Shown here piece after piece: positions 7,421-14,479 of a stretch of 30,285 bases of DNA (position 1 is its first letter; each line of letters starts with the position of its first letter). Below the pieces are notes generated by a model, which was not told the origin of the DNA, did not search any database, and saw only the letters and a program-made list of their open reading frames with translations. Position numbers and translations under genes: made by a program. The DNA comes from Gemmatimonadota bacterium (GTDB taxonomy: Bacteria > Gemmatimonadota > Gemmatimonadetes > Gemmatimonadales > GWC2-71-9): assembly GCA_041491785.1 (NCBI GenBank), contig JBGPVQ010000001.1, forward strand, positions 1-30,285, in the 5' to 3' direction.

Positions 7421-8718
7421 TCCGGCGCATCCTGTCGTCCGCGTTCGGGCTGATCGCGCTCGGCGCCCCGCTCGCCGCCCAGGGCGCGCCCGCCGCGCCG
7501 GTGCCGAGCCGCTCCGCCGTGTATGCGATCACCAACGCCACCATCGTTCCGGTGGTCGGTCCGAAGGTATCCGGCGGCACCGTCGTGATCCGCGCCGGGA
7601 AGATCGAAGCCGCCGGCGCGGGCGTCGCCACGCCGGCGGGCGCCACCGTGATTGACGGCACCGGCCTCTTCGTCTATCCCGGCATGATCGATTCCGGAGA
7701 CCGCATGGGCCTGGTTGAAATCGGCTCGGTTCCGGGCGGCCAGGACACCCAGGAACTGGGACAATACAATCCGCAGGACGCCGTGCTCACCGCGGTCAAT
7801 CCGAGCTCGGTCCACATCCCGATCACTCGCGCCAACGGCGTCACCAGCGCGGTCACCTCCGCCGAGGGCGGAATGATCCAGGGCTGGGCGGCGTTGATCG
7901 ACCTGGCCGGGTGGACCCCCGATGAGATGGCGGAGAACGGACGACTCGCGATGGTGATGACCTTTCCGCGGGTCGGCGGCGGTGGGCGCCGCGGCGGCTT
8001 CCGGGGGGGGCAGGCGCAGGGCGATGCGGCGGAAACCCAGAATCGCCAGGTGCGAGAGTTGTATGACTATCTGCGGAACGCCAGGGCCTACAACGAGCGT
8101 CCCAACCCGGTGCCGCAGAACCTCTCCTATGCGGCCCTCGGCCCGGCGCTCCGAGGAGAATCGCCGGTCATCTTCGACGTGCAGACTGAGGGGCAGATCC
8201 GGGGTGTCCTCGCGCTGGCGGATACCTTCAAGCTCAAGGTGGTGCTTCGGGGGGCCAACGAAGCGTGGATGCTGGCCGATACTCTGGCCGCCCGGAAAAT
8301 CCCGGTGGTCGTGGGCCCGATGACGGCGGTCCCCGAGGGGGACGCGCCCTACGACGCGATCTACGCCAATCCCGGGACACTGGCGAAGGCGGGGGTGCAG
8401 ATCGCCTTTCAAACCAACGACGGCGGAGAGGGCGACGCCCGGAATCTGCCGTACAACGCGGCTTTGGCCGAAGCGTACGGGCTCGACCCCGATGAGGCAC
8501 TCCGGGCGGTGACCATCAATCCCGCCGGGATCTGGGGCGTCGCCGACCGGCTGGGCAGCATCGAGCCCGGCAAGGTGGCCAATCTCTTCACTACCACCGG
8601 CGATCCGCTGGACGTCCGCACCCAGGTGCGCCACGTGTTCATTCGCGGCCAACTGCAACCCTGGGACGACCGGCACACACTGGAATACCAGAAGTGGCGG
8701 AGCCGGCCCAAGCCCTGA
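7417..8718 (+). CDS. Secreted amidohydrolase-fold protein lacking metal ligands (433 aa)
   Basis: GTGA coupling to the upstream stop, signal peptide; ITNATIV, PGMIDSGDRMG (no HxH), GSIEPGKVANL. Confidence 0.85.
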   Translation: MIRRILSSAFGLIALGAPLAAQGAPAAPVPSRSAVYAITNATIVPVVGPKVSGGTVVIRAGKIEAAGAGVATPAGATVIDGTGLFVYPGMIDSGDRMGLVEIGSVPGGQDTQELGQYNPQDAVLTAVNPSSVHIPITRANGVTSAVTSAEGGMIQGWAALIDLAGWTPDEMAENGRLAMVMTFPRVGGGGRRGGFRGGQAQGDAAETQNRQVRELYDYLRNARAYNERPNPVPQNLSYAALGPALRGESPVIFDVQTEGQIRGVLALADTFKLKVVLRGANEAWMLADTLAARKIPVVVGPMTAVPEGDAPYDAIYANPGTLAKAGVQIAFQTNDGGEGDARNLPYNAALAEAYGLDPDEALRAVTINPAGIWGVADRLGSIEPGKVANLFTTTGDPLDVRTQVRHVFIRGQLQPWDDRHTLEYQKWRSRPKP

Positions 8719-8735
8719 GGTCCGAAGAGGTCGCC

Positions 8736-10853
8736 ATGCCTTCGCATAATCGTCTCCCTGCCCTGCTGCTGTCTCTCACGCTGCTAGCCCCGGCTGCAGC
8801 GCTTCGCGCCCAGCAGCCGGACCGCTTCACCGGACACTGGGTGGGGGCCATCAGGCTGCCCGGCCAAGAGCTCGGGTTCGATGTGGATCTCGCGCGGGGC
8901 GCCGGGGGCTGGACCGGGGACATTTCGATACCGGCCCAAAACCTCAAAGACCTCCCGCTCACCGGCCTCGCGATCTCGGGAGACTCCATCCGGTTCTCGA
9001 TTGGTGGCATCCCGGGCGATCCGACGTTCGTGGGTGCGCTCGCGCCCGACCGGAAGACCGCCGCCGGGGCATTCTCGCAGGGCGGCGGAACCTTCCCGTT
9101 CACCATGCACGGAGCCCTTGCCCCTGCCGACGCGGCGCGGGAGGCGCTACGCGGCTTCGACCGCTTCGTGGACTCCGCGATGGCGGCGTGGAAAGTGGTC
9201 GGGCTCGGCCTCGGCATCGTGGTGGACGGCCAAGTGGTGTATGTCCGGGGCCATGGATTTCGGGACCTGGAACGGAAGCTTCCCGCGACCGAGAGAACGC
9301 TCTTTGCGATCGGGAGCTCGAGCAAGGCGTTCACCGTCTACGCGCTCGGCACGCTGGTAGACCAGGGCAAGCTCGAATGGGATAAGCCGGTGATCACCTA
9401 CATGCCGGAGTTCCGGCTCTACGACCCCGCGGCCACACTCCGGATTTCGCCGCGTGACCTGGTCACCCACCGCTCCGGGCTGCCGCGGCACGATCTGGTC
9501 TGGTACAACAACTTCACGTCGACCCGGGAGGACCTGATCAGCCGTATCGCGTACCTCCCGCCGAACAAGGATCTGCGGGAGACATTTCAGTACAACAACC
9601 TGATGTTCCTCACCGCCGGAGTGCTCGCCGGGCGGATCATGAACAGCAGCTGGGAAGACGCCATCCGCCGGCTGGTCTTCCAGCCGCTCGGGATGAACAG
9701 CAGCAATTTCTCGGTGGCCGAATCGCAGAAGACCGCCGACTGGTCGCGGGGGTACGAGGTGCGGAAGGACACCATCCGGGCGATGCCGTTCCGGAATATC
9801 GATCTGATCGGTCCCGCCGGCTCGATCAACTCGAATGTTGCAGACATGGTCAAGTGGATCGGAATGCACCTGGCGGGAGGAGTGGTGGACGGCAAGCAGG
9901 TCATCGCCCGCACCACCCTCAACGACATGTACGCCCCGCACATGCCGATCGGCGGAATGCCGAGCGACAAGGATCTCGGCGCGGCCAACTACGGCATGGG
10001 GTGGTTCCTGACCAGCTATCGCGGGCACTACCTGGTGCAGCACGGCGGGAATATCGACGGCTTTTCCGCGATGGTCGCCCTCATGCCACAGGATCGAATC
10101 GGGATCGTGGTTCTGAGCAACCAGAACGGTGCGGCCCTGCCGGCGCTGATCCGGAACCATGCGATGGATCGCATCCTGAGCCTCCCGCCCCGCGATTGGA
10201 ACGCCGAGGCCCTGGCCGCGGCGAAGCGGGCCGAGACGGCGGGCCGGGAGGCCGAGAAGAAAAAGATGTCGGTGCGGGTGACCGGCACCCAGCCGTCGCA
10301 TCCGCTCGCCGAATACGCGGCCGAATACGCCCACCCGGGGTACGGTACCCTCACCGTGGCGCCGGATGGGGATCACCTGGTGGCCACCTACCATTCGATC
10401 AGCACTCCGCTGGAACACTGGCACTACGACGTGTTCAACGGGCTCCGCAACCCGGCCGATCCCACCTTCGAGGACATGAAGTACAACTTCCGCTCGAACA
10501 TGAAGGGGGACATTGATGCCGTGGCGGCGCCGTTCGAGCCGAGCGTGGATCCGATCGTGTTCGTCCGGCAGCCCGACAAGCGTCTGGTGGACCCCGCGTT
10601 CCTGCAGGGGCTCACCGGGCGCTACGCCCTGTCCAACGACACCGCAAACGTGATCCTGCAGGGAGCCCGCCTCGTCGTGGTGTTGCGCGGCCAGCCGCCG
10701 TCCACCCTGGAGCCGGACCGGCGCACCGAGTTCAACCTGAAGGGGCTCGCGGGCTACAGCGTGGAGTTCGTCCTGGACGCCCAGGGAGCGGTCACCGAGC
10801 TGCGGCTCAAACAACCCAGCGGCGTGTTTGCCGCCAAGAGGGTGGCGCCGTGA
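8736..10853 (+). CDS. Secreted serine hydrolase, class C beta-lactamase/D-aminopeptidase family, with an N-terminal beta domain and C-terminal DUF3471-like domains (705 aa)
   Basis: ATG 8736 with GAGG RBS; SxxK (IGSSSKAF), YxN (FQYNN), HGG (VQHGGNIDGF), LVTHRSGL; signal peptide. Confidence 0.9.
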   Translation: MPSHNRLPALLLSLTLLAPAAALRAQQPDRFTGHWVGAIRLPGQELGFDVDLARGAGGWTGDISIPAQNLKDLPLTGLAISGDSIRFSIGGIPGDPTFVGALAPDRKTAAGAFSQGGGTFPFTMHGALAPADAAREALRGFDRFVDSAMAAWKVVGLGLGIVVDGQVVYVRGHGFRDLERKLPATERTLFAIGSSSKAFTVYALGTLVDQGKLEWDKPVITYMPEFRLYDPAATLRISPRDLVTHRSGLPRHDLVWYNNFTSTREDLISRIAYLPPNKDLRETFQYNNLMFLTAGVLAGRIMNSSWEDAIRRLVFQPLGMNSSNFSVAESQKTADWSRGYEVRKDTIRAMPFRNIDLIGPAGSINSNVADMVKWIGMHLAGGVVDGKQVIARTTLNDMYAPHMPIGGMPSDKDLGAANYGMGWFLTSYRGHYLVQHGGNIDGFSAMVALMPQDRIGIVVLSNQNGAALPALIRNHAMDRILSLPPRDWNAEALAAAKRAETAGREAEKKKMSVRVTGTQPSHPLAEYAAEYAHPGYGTLTVAPDGDHLVATYHSISTPLEHWHYDVFNGLRNPADPTFEDMKYNFRSNMKGDIDAVAAPFEPSVDPIVFVRQPDKRLVDPAFLQGLTGRYALSNDTANVILQGARLVVVLRGQPPSTLEPDRRTEFNLKGLAGYSVEFVLDAQGAVTELRLKQPSGVFAAKRVAP

Positions 10854-11860
10854 TGCCGTGCCGCGTCGCGTTGCTCGGCGCTGTCCTCGCGACGGCCGGG
10901 CCGGGCCAGAGTCCACCGCCGCTTCCCCCGGTCGAATGGCGCGGGCTCATCGGCGAATACGGCAGGGACACGACGACGCGCGTCATGATCCTCGAACAGG
11001 ATGGCCGCCTGCTTGCGCGCTTCGATTCGGCGCCATCCGTCGGCTTGCGCCGAACTGGGAAGGACCTTTACCGCGGACCGGCCGCGGGGGCCCACCCCGA
11101 GGTGACGTTCCGATTCCGCCGACGCGCCGACGGACGGGCCGCGGCGGTCGCGGTCGGCGATTCGACCTGGCCGCACCGCGCCTTGGGACCGGAGGACGGC
11201 TCGGTGTTCCGCATCGTTCCGGTCCGGCCCGTCGAGGACCTCAGGAGGGAGGCGCTGGCGGCTACGCCGCCGGCCGAGCCGGGAGACTTTCGAGCGAGCG
11301 ACCTGGTCGAACTGGTGCGGCTCGATCGCACAATCAAGCTCGACATCCGATACGCCGGGACGGGCAACTTTCTCGGCAGGCCGCTGTACGGCCAGGCCCG
11401 GGCCTTTCTGCAGCGGCCCGCGGCGGAGGCACTGCTGGCCGCCCACCGTCGGCTCGGTGCGCGCGGCTACGGCCTGCTGATCCACGACGGGTACCGGCCC
11501 TGGTACATCACCAAGATGTTCTGGGACGCCACGCCACCGGCCCAGCATGAATTCGTCGCCAATCCCGCCACCGGCTCCCGGCATAACCGGGGTTGCGCGG
11601 TGGATCTCTCGCTCTACGACCTCAAGACCGGGCGCCCGGTCGAGATGCCCGGCAGCTACGACGAGTTCTCCCGCCGGTCGTATCCCAGCTACCCGGGAGG
11701 AACCTCGCGGCAACGGTGGTACCGCGAGCTCCTCCGCAGCGCGATGGAGGCGGAGGGATTCGCGGTTTTCACGTCGGAATGGTGGCACTTCGACTTCAAG
11801 GACTGGAAATCGTATCGCATCGGCAACACGCCGTTCGAGAGGCTGAACGGTCCCGCCTGA
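10850..11860 (+). CDS. ddpX: Secreted D-alanyl-D-alanine dipeptidase (M15D, VanX/DdpX family) with an N-terminal beta-domain extension (336 aa)
   Basis: DIRYA, DGYRP, SRHNRGCAVD (SxHxxGxAxD) and EWWHF (ExxH) zinc motifs; GTGA coupling to the upstream stop. Confidence 0.9.
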   Translation: MMPCRVALLGAVLATAGPGQSPPPLPPVEWRGLIGEYGRDTTTRVMILEQDGRLLARFDSAPSVGLRRTGKDLYRGPAAGAHPEVTFRFRRRADGRAAAVAVGDSTWPHRALGPEDGSVFRIVPVRPVEDLRREALAATPPAEPGDFRASDLVELVRLDRTIKLDIRYAGTGNFLGRPLYGQARAFLQRPAAEALLAAHRRLGARGYGLLIHDGYRPWYITKMFWDATPPAQHEFVANPATGSRHNRGCAVDLSLYDLKTGRPVEMPGSYDEFSRRSYPSYPGGTSRQRWYRELLRSAMEAEGFAVFTSEWWHFDFKDWKSYRIGNTPFERLNGPA

Positions 11861-11863
11861 CGA

Positions 11864-11882
11864 TGACCGGCCCCGCCGGTCA
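11864..11882. terminator. Hairpin between convergent genes; possible bidirectional terminator
   Basis: TGACCGGC-CCC-GCCGGTCA perfect 8-bp stem; no strong U-tract on either side. Confidence 0.35.
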
Positions 11883-13124
11883 GTTCGGCGGGTGCACCCC
11901 CGCACCACCGTAATTCCGCCCATCCCCCAGCCGGGGGCCGTTGAACGGCACCGCGGTGTTGTTGGTCCGCGAGATGAACTGGCGGATGCTCCCCGCGAAG
12001 GGTGAGGTCTTGGCGTGCTTCCCGAACGGATCGGTGTACCAGACCTCCCCACCATCGGCGTTGTCGACCCGATTCGAGTTGATGTCCACGAAACGGGAGA
12101 CCCCGTTGAATCCTGAGCGAGGGTCGTTGTAGGTGATTCCCGGAATCGTGCCGTTGCTCGTGCTGGTCGCGCAGGGCCCGCCGCGGGCCTTGTCCCCGTT
12201 GGCCTCGGTCTCGTAGCACACCGCAATCGGGCGGCCGGTGATGTCGGCAAGGCTTGGATCGTAGAACCGGCTGGGGAAATTCACCTGAAAGTACGGGTTG
12301 AACGAGACCAGGGTGTGCCCGTCGTCGCGCCGGATATCGGTGTGGGTTTGCCAGCTCTCGTGGAGACCATTCGAGAAACTCGAGTTCTGGCCCGGGGTGA
12401 CCAGCACGAAGCGATCCACACAATTGCGGTCCGGAATCACCCGCTGCCCACCGCCGTCCGGAGAATTGGCCGGCGTCGGCGGCCCGACCTCAATCCGCGC
12501 GCCGTCGCAGGTGCGGGTGAATCCTCCCGGCCGCCCGATCGGATTCATGGTGGTGATGTGCAGTTCGGTCCCGTCGCTACACTTGATGTGATACACCAAC
12601 TCGTGGAGGTTGTTGGTGAACGCGTCCTTGGAGTGGGTGCCCTGGTGGAGCTTGACCAGAATGTCGCACTTGATGGTGAGCACCGCGTCGGCGATGCCGT
12701 CGAGATGCATCTCCACGTCGTTCTCCCACTCCACCTTGTGACCGACGTGGTCTTCGTGCCGCATGCCGGTCGGATCCCAGGTGTCCAGCTGCTCGTTGGC
12801 GAAGCCGAAGGGGATATCCCCGACGCTGCCGTAAAGGTGCGAACCGTGCGGATCCCGGCCGTGCTCGTGGCCGAAGGTGCACCCGGTCTCCGGGTCCACC
12901 GGCGGATGCCAGGTGGGGTAGAGCTTCCCGTCGGGCCCGACGGTCGAGTACTTGTTGTGAACCGCCACCGGACAGGTGTCGCCCGGCCCCGGGGTCCAGG
13001 TCACGTAGGCGACGCTGGGCCGCGCGTTGGCGCGCGGATCGTCGAGGCCGGCGGTCTTGTCGCCGTTGCACCCGGCGAGAACCACGATGCCCGCGATTCC
13101 CAGCGGGGAGAGCAGCTTCTGCAC
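11880..13124 (-). CDS. Uncharacterised His/Cys-rich lipoprotein (414 aa)
   Basis: GTG 13124 with GAGGAGG RBS; lipobox VLAG-C19; 20 His and 8 further Cys; motifs WHPPVDPETGCTFGHEHGRDPH, RHEDHVGHKVEW, KLHQGTHS. Confidence 0.85.
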   Translation of the reverse strand: MQKLLSPLGIAGIVVLAGCNGDKTAGLDDPRANARPSVAYVTWTPGPGDTCPVAVHNKYSTVGPDGKLYPTWHPPVDPETGCTFGHEHGRDPHGSHLYGSVGDIPFGFANEQLDTWDPTGMRHEDHVGHKVEWENDVEMHLDGIADAVLTIKCDILVKLHQGTHSKDAFTNNLHELVYHIKCSDGTELHITTMNPIGRPGGFTRTCDGARIEVGPPTPANSPDGGGQRVIPDRNCVDRFVLVTPGQNSSFSNGLHESWQTHTDIRRDDGHTLVSFNPYFQVNFPSRFYDPSLADITGRPIAVCYETEANGDKARGGPCATSTSNGTIPGITYNDPRSGFNGVSRFVDINSNRVDNADGGEVWYTDPFGKHAKTSPFAGSIRQFISRTNNTAVPFNGPRLGDGRNYGGAGVHPPN

Positions 13125-13140
13125 GAGAGCCTCCTCTGAC

Positions 13141-13791
13141 TTAGTGGCGGGTGATGCCGAGGCCGAGTTGGAACAGGAGCGCGTGGCCGCCCGCGGGCAG
13201 TTTCCGCCGCTCGAATGAGACCGCATCCTTCGATTCCAGCCAGAGCGCGCCGCTCGAAGTCCCCAATGCGTTGAGGTAGGGCACCACCGAGAGCCCGGGG
13301 TTTACCCGAACCTCGTAACCAGTGCCCACGACCAGCGCTACCGCCTGGGAGGTGACCGCGTCACCGTCCTTCCACGCCCGCCAGCGGCTCACCCCGGCGC
13401 CGAATCGCAGGAAGTAGCCGTGGCGCTCGGTGGGGTACCACCAGGCGCCACCGGTCAAGGTGAGCAGGCGCCGCTTCCCCTCGTCGCCGCTCCGTTGCCA
13501 GGCGCCGCCCTCCACGCCGAGGAGCATCTTGCGGTTGATCGTCGTGCCGGCGCGCAGGTACCCGGAGGTGCCCTGTTCACTCTCGTGATTGCAGATACTG
13601 CAATGGAGACTTCCCGCCCCGGTGCCCAGGCCGGCGCCGAGCCAGAGTCCCTTGCGGGCATCGGCGGGACCGCCCACCAGGATTCCTCTCCGCGCGGCGG
13701 TACCGGCGCTGATCGCGCCGCCCTGTCCCTCCAAGGGCACCGCCGCCGCCATTATACCGACGAGGGCAACGAGACCGGATACGGTCCGCAT
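13141..13791 (-). CDS. Putative small outer-membrane beta-barrel protein (216 aa)
   Basis: Signal peptide; alternating Gly/aromatic amphipathic strands (LWLGAGLGTG, GYFLRFGAGVS, VGTGYEVRV, LFQLGLGITRH); CxxC (CSIC) in the first loop. Confidence 0.7.
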   Translation of the reverse strand: MRTVSGLVALVGIMAAAVPLEGQGGAISAGTAARRGILVGGPADARKGLWLGAGLGTGAGSLHCSICNHESEQGTSGYLRAGTTINRKMLLGVEGGAWQRSGDEGKRRLLTLTGGAWWYPTERHGYFLRFGAGVSRWRAWKDGDAVTSQAVALVVGTGYEVRVNPGLSVVPYLNALGTSSGALWLESKDAVSFERRKLPAGGHALLFQLGLGITRH

Positions 13792-13878
13792 GGGTTACCT
13801 TCGCAATCCTCAAGGGGAACCGGCTGCAGCGTTGTGCAGTGCATCGCGACGCCGCGAGATCGACGCTGGGAACTGATG

Positions 13879-13894
13879 GCAGATGATGTGCCAG
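13879..13894 (-). promoter_or_regulatory. Candidate sigma54 (-24/-12) promoter for the barrel + lipoprotein pair; also a TGGCA-N7-TGCCA dyad
   Basis: Minus strand CTGGCAC-ATCAT-CTGC has the exact GG-N10-GC spacing of the YTGGCACG-N4-TTGC consensus, about 90 nt upstream of ATG 13791. Confidence 0.45.
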
Positions 13895-13903
13895 TGGGAT
13901 ATC

Positions 13904-13931
13904 CCGGGCCCGCGGTGGAACGCGGGCCCGG
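13904..13931. repeat. Perfect 11-bp inverted repeat
   Basis: CCGGGCCCGCG-GTGGAA-CGCGGGCCCGG; no U-tract; lies between the end of the ars operon and the sigma54-like site. Confidence 0.6.
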
Positions 13932-14074
13932 TGGCAGGAGGCGTTAGCGGATCAGTGTTTGGGGCGGAGCGGGTTGAGGGGCTCGCGGTGCACGAAACCG
14001 CTCTCGCGAATCACGCCATCCGTCGCGGCAGAGGAAGCGGAGATCCGCGCACGGCGTTGCGCGAGCGTCCTCGC

Positions 14075-14479
14075 TCAGGTGCGCTCCCAACCCCGTTCGA
14101 CCTGGAGTGCAACGACTCGCGCCCGGATTTTCTCCCGGATTTCGCGGACCCGGTCGAGGCTCTGCCCCTCGGGATCGGGGAGGGGCCAGTCGAGCCGTAT
14201 CAGGCCCGGCACGACCGGACAGGCTTCGCCGCACCCCATCGTCACCAGGACTTGGGCCGAGCCCGCCAGATCGTCGGTGAGGAGGCGCGGCCGCGCCGGC
14301 GCGAGATCGACCCCGATCTCGGCCATCGCCGTCACCACCTCGGGATGAATTCGGTCACCCGGCGCGGTGCCGGCGGAGATCGCCCGCGCCAGCGCCGGAT
14401 CGGCGAGGAGATTGAACAGCGCCGCGGCCATCTGGGATCGGCCGGCGTTGTGCACGCAGGCGAAGATCACGGTGGTCAT
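14075..14479 (-). CDS. arsC: Arsenate reductase, thioredoxin-coupled LMW-PTP type (134 aa)
   Basis: P-loop CVHNAGRSQMA (CX5R), resolving cysteines in TMGCGEACP, DW.L.DP motif; ATGA-coupled to acr3. Confidence 0.93.
   Translation of the reverse strand: MTTVIFACVHNAGRSQMAAALFNLLADPALARAISAGTAPGDRIHPEVVTAMAEIGVDLAPARPRLLTDDLAGSAQVLVTMGCGEACPVVPGLIRLDWPLPDPEGQSLDRVREIREKIRARVVALQVERGWERT

Noticed and set aside
13585-13610. CSICNH in the small barrel as a heme c attachment site
   Set aside because: The motif is CxxCN-H, not CxxCH; more likely a loop disulfide or metal site.
13792-14074. tRNA, riboswitch or CRISPR array in the largest intergenic region
   Set aside because: No T-loop or cloverleaf, no riboswitch consensus I recognise and no repeat-spacer periodicity; only isolated hairpins.
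13944-14234. 96-aa minus-strand ORF downstream of and overlapping arsC as a fifth ars gene
   Set aside because: It overlaps arsC in another frame, is Arg/Pro-rich, has no RBS, Cys motif or recognisable family.
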